This document shows, in pieces, positions 47,458 through 57,215 of a DNA stretch of 64,000 nucleotides; within the stretch, counting starts at the first letter, position 1, and each line of letters starts with the position of its first letter. The stretch is from an uncultured Gemmatimonadales bacterium. GTDB lineage: Bacteria > Gemmatimonadota > Gemmatimonadetes > Longimicrobiales > RSA9. The notes beneath the pieces are model-generated. The model was not told the DNA's origin. It saw only the letters and a program-made list of their open reading frames with translations, and ran no database searches. The DNA lies in the NCBI GenBank assembly GCA_963816355.1, contig CAWFKH010000006.1:64001-128000 (forward strand). Direction: 5' to 3'. A program made the position numbers and the translations under genes.

Positions 47458-50256
47458 TCACCTCACCGGCACCCAATACGTCACCTTCACCGCCAGCCGG
47501 TGGGCACCCGGCGCCCGAAATGCCCCGACGAGATCGCGGAAGCCCACGCGGCTCCCGACCGGATCCTCGTCGGCGCGGTCCTCCTGCCACACCAGGAAGA
47601 GCGTGCTGCCGGGCCGCCATTCCCAGCGCAGCACCGCGTTGCTGCGCAGCGAGGCGACGTCGAAGTCCGCGGCCGAGAAGGAGAAGTCGGGGCCGTCGCC
47701 GGTGACGGTGAAGGCGTCGTCGTCGCGCGAGAGCGAGCCGAGGTCCTCGCCGTAGAAGCGAAGGTCGCGCGAGCCGGCGGCGGCGAGCTGGCCGGGGCGA
47801 TAGTAGTGGCCGCTGGCGACGAACGGCTCGACGTAGCCCTCGAGCGTGAGGTCCGGCGTGAAGGCGTAGGTGAGGCGGATCGGCGCGGAGATCTCGGTGC
47901 GCTGGATGAAGGAGAAGATGTAGCGTTTGCCGAAGGTCGCGGCGGGGCCGTCGCCGAGGGTGGCGACGTACTGCCGCGGATCGCGGAAGCGCAGGAAGTT
48001 GGGCGAGATGGACGCCTTCCAGCGCGGTGTGGGGCGGACGGAGAGGCTGCCGCTCAGCCGGTAGGTCAGCTCGCCGGTCTCGCCGGTGCCGTAGTAGACG
48101 CGGGCGCTCCAGCTCGTGCGCGCGCTGGCGGCGTTCTGCAGGCGCAAGATCGTGACGCGGCCGATGCCGCGCTGCAGGAGTGGGCCGCCACGCGTGGCCG
48201 CGGGGTCGAGCGAGTGGAGGTCGACCCACGCCGTCGCGTCGAGGCGCCAGAAGTTGCGGAACGTCGCCGCCCAATCGGTGCGCAGCGAGCGCCACGTGCG
48301 CTCGCCGCCGAAGTTCCAGTCGTTCTCGCTGCGCACGCTGCCGCTCCACGAACGGAAGAGCGGCCCCGGGCGCGTCTGCTGGTAGGTGAGGGTGGCGTTG
48401 GCGAAGACGTCGTCCGCGGTGCCGAGGATGCCGACGTCGTTCAGCTCGAAGCCCGGCGAGGTGAAGCTGCCGGCGAGGCGCCAGAGCCAGTGGCCGCCGC
48501 CGCGCCGCTCGAAGTACGCGCCGCCGGCGACGCCGTCGAGCGCGGTGCGGGTCGAGTCGACGTCGACGTACGAGGCATCCGGCCGCTGGAAGTAGCGCGC
48601 GCTCGAGCGCTGCCGGCGCAGGATGGCGGCGCGGTCGCCGTCGATGTGGCTGAAGCCGACGTTGCCGCCGAGGACGTAGTCGCCGCGGGCCCAGCGCAGC
48701 TCGCCGTCGGCGCCGCCGCTGACGGCGTCGCGGTCGAGCTGCGCGGCGAGCGGCGAGGCGGCCGCCATGGCGCGGCGCATGCCTGTGATCACGACGCCCG
48801 CGGTGGAGCCGGAAGGGCCGAGCTGCCGGCGCACCCGTGCGACGCCGTACCACGTCCGCGGCGCGACCGCCGCGCGGCCTTCCTCGCCGGTCGCCGCGTC
48901 GAAGAAGCGCGCGTCCTCGCTCGCGGTGACGGCCGTGAGCGACCCGATCGAGGTGCCGCCGGCGGAGCGGCCGGTCAGCTTCGCGGCGCCGAGGATGGTG
49001 CTCGTCTGCGGCGCGTCGACGAAGTCGCCGGGCGCGCTGCCGGGCGGAGCCGCGCCGATCCGGCGAGAGTAGAAGTAGGTGGGACCGGGCGTGTCGAAGA
49101 AGTGGGAGCCGGCGGTGAAGAAGGGCCGCTTCTCGTCGAAGAAGACCTCGAACGCGGAGAGGTTCACGACCGCCGGGTCCGCCTCGACCTGGCCGAAGTC
49201 CGGGTTGATCGCGGCCTGCAGCGTGAGACTGGGGCCGAGGCCCATCTTCACATCGCCGCCCGCGCGGACGCCGGCGTCGTAGTGGCGATCGAACGGGTTG
49301 GCTGCGCTGCGCACGCCGTTCGCGGTGGCGTCGGCGGCGACGTAGGGGAGCAGCTCGATGCGGCGGCTGGGGCGGACGCCGCGAATGCCGGACAGGGTGC
49401 CGAAGCGCGATGCCCACGCCTCGACGTTCGTCGGGATGGGCGCCCACAGGTCCTCCTCGTTGCGGTTGGGGACCCAGCGCCGGACCTCGAGTCCCCAGAT
49501 CGGCGCGCCGCCGTCGTTGAAGCGGAGCTGCGTGAACGGGATCCGCATCTCGGCGGTCCAGCCGAGCGAGTCGCGGTGCACGCGCGCCTCCCACACCGGG
49601 TCGAACGACTCGTCGTACGGCTCCCAGGCGTCGCCCGGGTGCGACCAGTCGAGGCGCACGCCGGACGCGGTCACGCCGAATGTGTAGCTCGTCAGCCGGT
49701 CGCGGTACGTGTCCAGCGAGATCTCGAGCTCCTCCGCGCCCCCCGGCTGGTCGCGGCGGCTGACCTGCGTCTCCACCTGCGCCGAGTCCTCGAACAGCCG
49801 CGCGCCCACGTAGAGCGCGTCGGCGTCGTAGAGGAAGCGCACTTCGCTTCGCGACGTCGCCGCCTCGCCTTCGTCCGGGCGGCGCTGCACGAAGCCGCTG
49901 ATCGGCTGCGCCGCGGCCCACGCGGCGTCGTCGAGACGTCCGTCGATCGTCGGCGCGCGCGCCGCGGGAGCGGCGACCGCCTCCTTCCCGGCAGCGCCCG
50001 GCGCGGCACGCTCCGCTGCCGGCGATGTATCCGCGGCCGGCGACGCATCCGCGGCCGGCGACGCATCCGCGGCGATCCGGCCCGGAGCGTGGTCCGTCGT
50101 CTGCGCCCGCGCGGGGGCCGCGGGCGCGAGGAGCGCGGCCAGCGCCGCGGACGTCGCGAGGGCCGAGCGGCAACGCGCGGCGGCGAGGCGGACGGCGGCG
50201 CGCGTGCCGCGCACGGTGAAGGCGGTCGAGGCGCGTCGGATGCGAAATCTCGGCAT
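47458..50256 (-). CDS. DUF5916 outer-membrane protein with N-terminal CBM9-like domain
   Basis: PTIDGRLDD, WTAEMRIPF, NPDFGQVEAD, EKRPFF, FYSRRIG, C-terminal KVTYW. Confidence 0.9.
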   Translation of the reverse strand: MPRFRIRRASTAFTVRGTRAAVRLAAARCRSALATSAALAALLAPAAPARAQTTDHAPGRIAADASPAADASPAADTSPAAERAAPGAAGKEAVAAPAARAPTIDGRLDDAAWAAAQPISGFVQRRPDEGEAATSRSEVRFLYDADALYVGARLFEDSAQVETQVSRRDQPGGAEELEISLDTYRDRLTSYTFGVTASGVRLDWSHPGDAWEPYDESFDPVWEARVHRDSLGWTAEMRIPFTQLRFNDGGAPIWGLEVRRWVPNRNEEDLWAPIPTNVEAWASRFGTLSGIRGVRPSRRIELLPYVAADATANGVRSAANPFDRHYDAGVRAGGDVKMGLGPSLTLQAAINPDFGQVEADPAVVNLSAFEVFFDEKRPFFTAGSHFFDTPGPTYFYSRRIGAAPPGSAPGDFVDAPQTSTILGAAKLTGRSAGGTSIGSLTAVTASEDARFFDAATGEEGRAAVAPRTWYGVARVRRQLGPSGSTAGVVITGMRRAMAAASPLAAQLDRDAVSGGADGELRWARGDYVLGGNVGFSHIDGDRAAILRRQRSSARYFQRPDASYVDVDSTRTALDGVAGGAYFERRGGGHWLWRLAGSFTSPGFELNDVGILGTADDVFANATLTYQQTRPGPLFRSWSGSVRSENDWNFGGERTWRSLRTDWAATFRNFWRLDATAWVDLHSLDPAATRGGPLLQRGIGRVTILRLQNAASARTSWSARVYYGTGETGELTYRLSGSLSVRPTPRWKASISPNFLRFRDPRQYVATLGDGPAATFGKRYIFSFIQRTEISAPIRLTYAFTPDLTLEGYVEPFVASGHYYRPGQLAAAGSRDLRFYGEDLGSLSRDDDAFTVTGDGPDFSFSAADFDVASLRSNAVLRWEWRPGSTLFLVWQEDRADEDPVGSRVGFRDLVGAFRAPGAHRLAVKVTYWVPVR

Positions 50257-50353
50257 GAGCTCCCCCCGGGGGGCGCGGACGCGGCTCGCGCCGGGCCCCC
50301 TCCTGTTGGATCGTTGGAATGTGGTCGGAACGCCGTCGGCGCGGCGTATGCGG

Positions 50354-53167
50354 CTATCCGCGCTCCTGCGCGAGGAGGGCGGCGGCGACGCGATCGTGCT
50401 CGTAGCTGGAGCCGACGCCGTCGAGCGTCTTCATGAACGCGTCCCGCAGCGGGCCGGTGAGGCGGTACTTCGAGGTCACGAGCAGGAGCAGCTCGGCCAG
50501 CTCGTTGTCGGAGTCGATCGAGCGGGCCGAGACGAGGATCATCGCCAGCGATTCGGGCGCCAGCCGGCCGCCCTGCAGGAGCGCCCTCAGCACGCGCGCT
50601 TGCTCGTAATCGGAGCCGATGCCCGCGGCGGCGCGGATGAAGGCGTCCTGCGTGGCGCGCCGGGACAGGTCGACCTGCGGCGCGACGGCGATCAGCGCCT
50701 CGGCGCGCTCGAAGTCGGAGCCGATCGTGCGCACGGCGTCGATCACGGCCGGCTGATCCTCAGGGGCGATCCCGCCCCGCGCCGTCAGCGCCTTCACAGC
50801 GCGGCCGCGCTCGTAGTCGGATCCGATCTCCTTCAACGCGGCGACGTACGCGGCGCGCGCGGGCCCCTCAATGGGGTACGCCGCCGCCGTCCTCACGAGC
50901 ACCTCCGCCTGCTCGTAGTCGGAGCGGATCGAGCCGGCGGAGCGCAGCAGCTCAGCGACGTCCTCCGGCGTCAGCCCACCCGCCGCGAGCACCGCCTTCA
51001 GCACGCGGCCGTGTTCGTAGTCGGATTGCAGGGTGCCGGCGGCGCGCAGGAACGTCGGACGCAGGGACGCGTCGACCGGGTGCGCCGCGGACACGGCGAT
51101 CAGCAGCTCGGCCAGCTCGTGATCACCCTGGATCCCCGCCGCGCCGACCTCCGCGACCCGGCGGATGCGGGCGTCGCTCAGCTTCTCCTGCGCCAGCAGC
51201 TTGCGGAGGTAGAGCGACATGACGTAGTCGCTCGTGATGCCCCGCGCTTCGGCGATCACCGCGTCGGGGCCGCCGCTGCGCAGCAGCGACGCGATCCGCT
51301 GCTCGGCGCCGAAGCCCGTCTCGCGCGGCAGCGCCGTGAGGAACGCCGCGAGCCACTGTCGCGCCTCGGCGTCGAAGGCGTGCGGATGGCCGCCGACCGA
51401 GTAGTCGTAGGCGAGACGAGCCCCATCGCCCTTCACCTCGAGCCGCCGCCGGACGCCCTCCTCCGTCGCGTCGATCTTCAGCGAGCCGCCCTTCGAGATC
51501 GACGCGATGGCGCCGAAGTCGTCCGTGAAGCGGACATCGCCGTCGATCCACACCTCAATGTCACAGGCGTCCGACTTCCACGCGATGTGCTGCCGGTCGT
51601 CGTGGCTGTTGACGCTGATCGACTGCGACTCGCCGTGGCAATCCGGCCACCCCGCCTTGCCGGGCGCCGCCCGCGGCGCGCTGCCGGCCGGGCGCGATTC
51701 GTCCAGCGGCGCCGTGGCCAGGCCGCCCGGGCCGGCCGGCGCGCCGATGTCCGCCGCGCCCGATGGCGTCGCCTCCGACCGCGCGCCCGGCACCGCGCCG
51801 GATGCCGCTGCCTCCGGCCGCGCGCCCGGCACCGCGCCGGACGCCGCCGCCTCCGGCCGCGCGCCCGGCACCGCGCCGGATCGCGCCGCCGGTGTGAGCG
51901 CAGCCACGGGCGCGGAAGGTCCGCGCGGCGTCATCGCGGCGAGCGGCAGCACGACCGCCACAGCGCACGCCACCGCCAGCCAGGTACGCCGCCGCGACAG
52001 CGCCGCGCGCGGCCGCCCCGCGTCCAGTACCGCCAGCAGCCGCCCCGCGAGCTGCGTCGGCCGCGCCATCGCCATCGCCGCCAGCGACGTCGAGCGCGAG
52101 GCGCGCAGCGAGCGCGCCACGTCGAGCAACTGTGCCGCGTAGTCGGAGGCGCGCGAGCCGGCCGCCAGGACGGCGTCGTCGCACGCGTGCTCCCGCTCGA
52201 TGCGCAGCCGCCGAGCCGCGATCCACACCGCCGGGTCGAACCAGTGGATCGCGCACGCGAGCGCCCCCACGAGCTGCGCCAGATGGTCCCGGCGACGCAG
52301 GTGCGCCAGCTCGTGCAGCAGCACCGACTCCAGTCGCGCCGCCGACCACGACGCGGACTGTGCGGGCAGCAGCACCGTCGCGCGCCGGATCCCCCACGTC
52401 ATCGGCATCGCGCCGCCGTCCACCTCGAGCAGCCGGTAGCCCCGCCGCAATCCGACGCGGTCCGCCGCGCGCGCCGCCACCTCCAGCCTACGCCGGTCCG
52501 TCACCGGCCGCGTTCGCCGCTCCAGCCGCTGCACGCCCACCGCGCCGAGCGCGAGCGCGCCCAGCACGACCGCCGCGCCCGCCGCCCACAGGAGCAGCAG
52601 CAGCGTGGCGGGAGAGGGCAGGCGCCGCGCGGCGGCGAGCCGGCCGACGGCCGCGCCCGCGGTCGCCGGCGCCGCCGAGCGCGCGTCCACGTCCACCGAG
52701 CGCGCGTCCACGTCCGCCGGGCGCGCGTCCACGTCCGCCGAGCGGGCGTCCACGTCCGCCGGGCCGCTCGCCGATCCAGCCGAGGACGCCGCCTCCGCCG
52801 GCAGCGCCGCGCGATCCGAGGCCGTCCGCACCGCCTCCGCCTCCGCCGCCAGCGCCCCGGCGGGATCCGAGGCCGTCCGCGTCGCCGCAGCGGAGGCGGC
52901 CGGAGCCGCAGCCGCCAGCGCCGAAACCCGCAGCATCGCGTCGGGCACCGGGACCGGCACCGGCAGGCTCGGCACCGCCGCCGACACCAGCGGCAGCGCG
53001 ACCAGCCCCACCATCGTCAGCACCCACGCCAGGTGGCGCGCCGCCGCCGACACGCGCCGCAGCGCCAGCGACGCCACGGCGCCCAGCCCCACCAGCACGA
53101 GCCCCTTCAGGGCGCAGCCCAGGAGCGCCGCCGGCCAACTCGCCGCCGCCACCATGCCCGCCATCAC
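50354..53167 (-). CDS. BlaR1-like M56 metallopeptidase with C-terminal helical repeats
   Basis: SAAARH, HELAH, REHACDD; nine SDYE-type repeats. Confidence 0.9.
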   Translation of the reverse strand: MMAGMVAAASWPAALLGCALKGLVLVGLGAVASLALRRVSAAARHLAWVLTMVGLVALPLVSAAVPSLPVPVPVPDAMLRVSALAAAAPAASAAATRTASDPAGALAAEAEAVRTASDRAALPAEAASSAGSASGPADVDARSADVDARPADVDARSVDVDARSAAPATAGAAVGRLAAARRLPSPATLLLLLWAAGAAVVLGALALGAVGVQRLERRTRPVTDRRRLEVAARAADRVGLRRGYRLLEVDGGAMPMTWGIRRATVLLPAQSASWSAARLESVLLHELAHLRRRDHLAQLVGALACAIHWFDPAVWIAARRLRIEREHACDDAVLAAGSRASDYAAQLLDVARSLRASRSTSLAAMAMARPTQLAGRLLAVLDAGRPRAALSRRRTWLAVACAVAVVLPLAAMTPRGPSAPVAALTPAARSGAVPGARPEAAASGAVPGARPEAAASGAVPGARSEATPSGAADIGAPAGPGGLATAPLDESRPAGSAPRAAPGKAGWPDCHGESQSISVNSHDDRQHIAWKSDACDIEVWIDGDVRFTDDFGAIASISKGGSLKIDATEEGVRRRLEVKGDGARLAYDYSVGGHPHAFDAEARQWLAAFLTALPRETGFGAEQRIASLLRSGGPDAVIAEARGITSDYVMSLYLRKLLAQEKLSDARIRRVAEVGAAGIQGDHELAELLIAVSAAHPVDASLRPTFLRAAGTLQSDYEHGRVLKAVLAAGGLTPEDVAELLRSAGSIRSDYEQAEVLVRTAAAYPIEGPARAAYVAALKEIGSDYERGRAVKALTARGGIAPEDQPAVIDAVRTIGSDFERAEALIAVAPQVDLSRRATQDAFIRAAAGIGSDYEQARVLRALLQGGRLAPESLAMILVSARSIDSDNELAELLLLVTSKYRLTGPLRDAFMKTLDGVGSSYEHDRVAAALLAQERG

Positions 53168-53553
53168 CGGCCTACCTTCCGCGCCCGCTCGACCAGCGCC
53201 GCCAGCCGGTCCAGCTCCGCCTCCGGAATCTCCTCCGTTCGGTCCAGCAGCGCCGCCACCGCCTCCAGCGTCGACCCCTCGAAGAACGTCCGCACCAGCC
53301 GCTCCACCGCCGACGCCTGCGCCTCCTCCCGCGGCATCGTCGCCAGGTACACGTACCGAGGTCCATCCTCCGCGTGCACCAAGTGACCCTTCTCCTCCAG
53401 CTTCCGCAGCATCGCCCGCACCGCCGAATAGCTGGGTGGATCCGGCAGCTCCGCCTGCACCTCCGCCGCCGTCACCCGGCCCAGCCGGTAGACCACGTCC
53501 ATGATCTGCCGCTCCCGCCGCGTCAGGTTCCTGTGCGTCCCCGTCGATTCCAC
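53164..53553 (-). CDS. BlaI/MecI/CopY family repressor
   Basis: LTRRERQIM, YSAVRAMLRKLEEKG, FFEGS. Confidence 0.93.
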   Translation of the reverse strand: MESTGTHRNLTRRERQIMDVVYRLGRVTAAEVQAELPDPPSYSAVRAMLRKLEEKGHLVHAEDGPRYVYLATMPREEAQASAVERLVRTFFEGSTLEAVAALLDRTEEIPEAELDRLAALVERARKVGR

Positions 53554-53628
53554 CGTCGCCTCCTCGTCCTTTGCTCGCCGGTCGCCGCGCCCCGCGGCCC
53601 CTCGCTGCGCCCCGCGGCCACCGGCCTA

Positions 53629-53675
53629 TGCTACGTCCGTAGCACCATGCTACAACCGTAGCACGCCGCCGTCAA
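53629..53675 (-). promoter_or_regulatory. blaI promoter with two operators
   Basis: TGCTAC-N4-GTAGCA at 53629-53644 and 53648-53663; minus-strand TTGACG-N17-TAGCAT overlaps them. Confidence 0.85.
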
Positions 53676-53899
53676 GGGGGGAGCGGGGGTGGGGGCGGCG
53701 CTGGCCGGGCGGGCGGCGCGAGCGGGTGCAGCGAGGGCGCCGCGCGGAGGAGGGGCCCGCGCGCTGGGCGCCCATGGCGCAGGCTCTGGGTAGCGGGGAC
53801 GCCTCGGGTACTGAGGACGCGCGTCGGGCGCCGAGGGCGACCGCGCAGAGGGTGGTGGCGAGGCAGGGCGGTGAGGCCGGAACTCCGAGGACCGTCGGC

Positions 53900-54078
53900 G
53901 CGAGGGAAACCTTGCCACTGGCGACGTCGGCGATCGACGATTGGAGCTTTCACACCGCCTGGCGGGGCGAACCCTCCCCTGCTGGACCTGGGTTGTGGAA
54001 GAAGGGAGGGTTGACCTCGGATGCAGGCGCCAACGCTCCCATCTCGCGCCCCGGAACCACACCTGCGGAAGGTTCTCC
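53900..54078. repeat. Phased palindromic element, copy B
   Basis: gcgagggaaaccttgccact start; GGAG..GAC-N13-G..AACnCTCC units at 53943 and 54005 (62 bp apart). Confidence 0.7.
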
Positions 54079-54110
54079 ACCGTGCCGCCCCGTCGCCCCC
54101 CGGCCCCCGG

Positions 54111-54256
54111 ACCCCAGACCGCACCCCACAGACCCCGTACCCCAGACCCGCGCCCCGCAGACCCCCGACCCCCCGTACCCCCGACCCCCGACCCCCCGCA
54201 GACCCCCGTACCCCCGACCCCCCGCAGACCCCCTCCCCAGACCCCAGACCGACCGC
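54111..54256. repeat. C-rich CAGACC repeat element, copy 2
   Basis: About 8 CAGACC motifs; shares cagaccccctccscagaccccagaccga with copy 1. Confidence 0.75.
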
Positions 54257-54282
54257 CGCCAGCCATCCCTTTGCCCCCATCC

Positions 54283-54864
54283 TCACACCAACTCCCGCAG
54301 CAACCCATCCTCAATCCCATACACCCACCCGTGCACGGCGACGTCCTGGCCGCGCTCGAGCGCGTCCTGCATGACCGTGGTGGCGCGCACGTTGGCGACC
54401 TGCTCGACGACGTTCAGCTCGCACAGTCTGGCGTGGCGCTGCGGCTCGCTGGGCAGGGCGTCGAGCTCGGCGGCGTGCTTGCGGCGCACGTCCTGGACGT
54501 GGCGGAGCCAGTTGTCGACGAGGCCAATGCGGTCGTCGCGCAGCGCGGCGAGGACGCCGCCGCAGCCGTAGTGGCCGCAGACGACGACGTGCTCGACGCG
54601 CAGCGCGTCGACGGCGAACTGCAGGGTGGAGAGGAAGTTGAGATCGCTGTGGACGACGACGTTGGCGACGTTGCGGTGCACGAACATCTCGCCCGGGAGC
54701 AGGCCCACGATCTGGTTCGCGGGGACGCGGCTGTCGGAGCAGCCGATCCATAGGTAGCGCGGCGTCTGCTGGCGCGCGAGGCGCTGGAAGAACGCCGGGT
54801 CGCGCCGCGTCATCTCGGCGGACCACGCGCGGTTGTTGGCGAAGAGGTCGGTTGGTTCGTTCAT
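54283..54864 (-). CDS. can: Beta-class carbonic anhydrase
   Basis: IGCSDSRVPAN, FVHRNVAN, CGHYGCGG. Confidence 0.95.
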   Translation of the reverse strand: MNEPTDLFANNRAWSAEMTRRDPAFFQRLARQQTPRYLWIGCSDSRVPANQIVGLLPGEMFVHRNVANVVVHSDLNFLSTLQFAVDALRVEHVVVCGHYGCGGVLAALRDDRIGLVDNWLRHVQDVRRKHAAELDALPSEPQRHARLCELNVVEQVANVRATTVMQDALERGQDVAVHGWVYGIEDGLLRELV

Positions 54865-54891
54865 GTGTCTCGTGGTTCTGGCGACTGGGAG

Positions 54892-55932
54892 TCAGGTGGT
54901 GCGCCAGCGGCGGATGCGCTCGAGGATCGAGCCGGGCAGCAGCAGGTCGTCCGAGATGGCGGCGATCTGCTCCGCCTCGCGCCACGCGCGCTCGAGCTCT
55001 TCCAGCTCGCCCGTGAGGGCGCGGCGCTCGGCTTCCTCGTGGAGCGCCATTTCGAGCGCGAGCCGGTCGACGGTGGAGAGGCCGAACAGGCCGTGCTGGC
55101 GAATCTTGCTGTTCCAGTTGCTGCGGCGCCGGCGCACCTTGGCCGGCGTGGTCCGGATGTGGGCGTCCTTCGAGAGGCGGTCGAGGAAAGCTTCGGGGCT
55201 GCCGCGCTCCTCGATGGTCGCGACCGCTTCGGCGACCGTGCCGCGCGCGCCGCCGAAGCGGTTGACCTTCGGCACGACGAGCGCCGCGACGCGCATCGCC
55301 TCGGGCCCGTCGAGGTGCGTCTGGCCGCCGGCGAAGCGGAGGTCCATTGCGAGCGGGCCGTCCTGGCCGCGCATGAGGCGGGTCTCTGCGAGGTGGCGAC
55401 GCCGCACCCGCAGGAGCTGACCGTCCTCCGTGCGCACGCGGGCGACCACCGATTCGCCACGTCCGTGGACGACCGCCTGCCCGATCTGGGTCAGTCCATA
55501 GCCGAAGGCGCCGAGACCGACGCCGGCGGTCGCGCCGCCGATCACGATCGCGCCGAGTGCGCCGAGGCCGGCGCCGGCGAAGAGGATCTGGCGGCGGCGA
55601 CGTCGTCCGAACTGATCGCCGTAGCGCCAGGCGGCGAACTCCGGCCGCAGCGGCTCGCCAATGCGCACGAGGTCGGTGCCGTCGTGGAGGCGGGCGAGGC
55701 CGACGTGCTCGGTGGCGACGCGCCGGCGTGAGTCGTGGTAGAGACGCTCCGCCTCCTCGATCGTCTCCCACCGCTCTTCGATCGGCGACAGGTTCCAGCG
55801 TTCGCACCGGCGGCACACGACCCACAGGCGGCCCCGGGCGGGATCGAACGCGAGGCGCCGGCCCACCGGGAAGGTGTCGACGCTCTCGTTGGTGCCGAGC
55901 GGCTGGTTGCAGAAGACGCAGGTCGAGTACAT
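54892..55932 (-). CDS. Hypothetical protein with N-terminal zinc ribbon and a TM segment
   Basis: CVFC...CRRC; C-terminal WREAEQIAAISD. Confidence 0.7.
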   Translation of the reverse strand: MYSTCVFCNQPLGTNESVDTFPVGRRLAFDPARGRLWVVCRRCERWNLSPIEERWETIEEAERLYHDSRRRVATEHVGLARLHDGTDLVRIGEPLRPEFAAWRYGDQFGRRRRRQILFAGAGLGALGAIVIGGATAGVGLGAFGYGLTQIGQAVVHGRGESVVARVRTEDGQLLRVRRRHLAETRLMRGQDGPLAMDLRFAGGQTHLDGPEAMRVAALVVPKVNRFGGARGTVAEAVATIEERGSPEAFLDRLSKDAHIRTTPAKVRRRRSNWNSKIRQHGLFGLSTVDRLALEMALHEEAERRALTGELEELERAWREAEQIAAISDDLLLPGSILERIRRWRTT

Positions 55933-56054
55933 GGCGCCACGGAAGAGTGGGTGCTGCGCGCTAGCCGGACCGTGGGGTCCCGTACACCGCGACGCGTCGC
56001 GCGTTCGGACACAGGTCCGCTCCGCCGCGGCGGTGCCGCGCGAGGCGTCGCCGC

Positions 56055-56309
56055 CTATTCAGGTGAGCCCGCCGGGCGCTGGAGCAGCCTGTCGGTGAAG
56101 TCCTGGCGGTCCCGCAGCGTCTCGATCTCCGTCCGCAGCTCCCGCATCTGCTCCTCCAGCCGCAACAGGTCCGAGCGATCGCCCCGCAGCTCGGCCGCGC
56201 GCTCCTTCGCCCGCACGAACCGCAACCCGAGCCAACCAAAATAGACCGCCGCCCCGGCGGGTGCGAGAAAATAGATCAGACCCAGCAGCCCGACCGCCAC
56301 CCCGTTCAT
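56055..56309 (-). CDS. Small TM plus coiled-coil protein
   Basis: GGAGAG RBS; TM helix then LEEQMREL...RQDFTDRLL. Confidence 0.7.
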   Translation of the reverse strand: MNGVAVGLLGLIYFLAPAGAAVYFGWLGLRFVRAKERAAELRGDRSDLLRLEEQMRELRTEIETLRDRQDFTDRLLQRPAGSPE

Positions 56310-56597
56310 GCGCGCTCTCCAGACGTGAAACCGCCACGACCGTCACAGACCAATTACGCGACGGCGCCCCGCGCGCTCAAGGGCCACGTACGCCGCGGCC
56401 GGAGGTCGTGCCGTCGGCGAGGCGGTCGTACGCCCCGATCCAGGGCGGCCCGGCCGTGAAGAGAAGCGCACGCACCGTCGCACATGGCGAGCCCGCGCAG
56501 CGGCGGTCGCGGAGCCGCGCCGTGCGTCCGGCGGGTGGCGCGATCGCGCGTCGCGCGCAAGCTTGCCTCGTCAAGATCATCGTCATCCGGAGGTCGC

Positions 56598-57215
56598 TTG
56601 AACACGCTCACGGTTCGAGGGCTGATACGCACGTACGGCACGCTTCGGGTGCTCGACGACGTCGGCTTCGCGGTGGCGGCCGGCGAGGTGGTCGGCGTGA
56701 CGGGGCCGAACGGCGCCGGCAAGACGACGCTGCTGCGCTGCATCGTGGGCGCGGAGCGGCCCGACGCCGGCGAGGTGCTGCTGGAGGGGCGCCCCATGGA
56801 CGAGACGCAGGCGTGGGTACGCGCGGCCGTCGCTGCGGCGCTCGACGACATCGACTTCTTCCCCGATCTCTCCGTGGCCGAGCACCTTGCGCTGCTCGCC
56901 TTCGCGCACGGCGGCGACGGCGCCGGAGTGGAGGAGGTGATCGTCGAGCTCGGCCTCGACGCCGCGCGCGACCAGCTTCCCGCCACCCTCTCCTCCGGCC
57001 AGCGCCGCCGCCTGGCGCTCGCCTCCTGCTTCGTGCGCCCGCGGCGCCTGCTGATCCTCGACGAGCCGGAGCAGCGGCTAGACGAGCGCGGCCGCGCCTG
57101 GCTCGCCGAGCGCCTGCTCGCGGAGAAGGCCGCGGGCACCGCCGTACTCGTCGCGTCGCACGACCCGGCGCTCGTCGCCTCGATCGCCGACCACCGGCTC
57201 GAGCTCGGGACGTGA
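56598..57215 (+). CDS. ABC transporter ATP-binding protein
   Basis: GGAGG RBS then TTG; GPNGAGKTT, LSSGQ, LDEPE. Confidence 0.9.
   Translation: MNTLTVRGLIRTYGTLRVLDDVGFAVAAGEVVGVTGPNGAGKTTLLRCIVGAERPDAGEVLLEGRPMDETQAWVRAAVAAALDDIDFFPDLSVAEHLALLAFAHGGDGAGVEEVIVELGLDAARDQLPATLSSGQRRRLALASCFVRPRRLLILDEPEQRLDERGRAWLAERLLAEKAAGTAVLVASHDPALVASIADHRLELGT

Noticed and set aside
25985..53386. Very long antisense or alternate-frame ORFs (e.g. 25985-29185, 47500-50436, 50204-53386)
   Set aside because: Arg/Ala/Pro-rich shadows of real genes caused by stop-codon scarcity at high GC; no motifs
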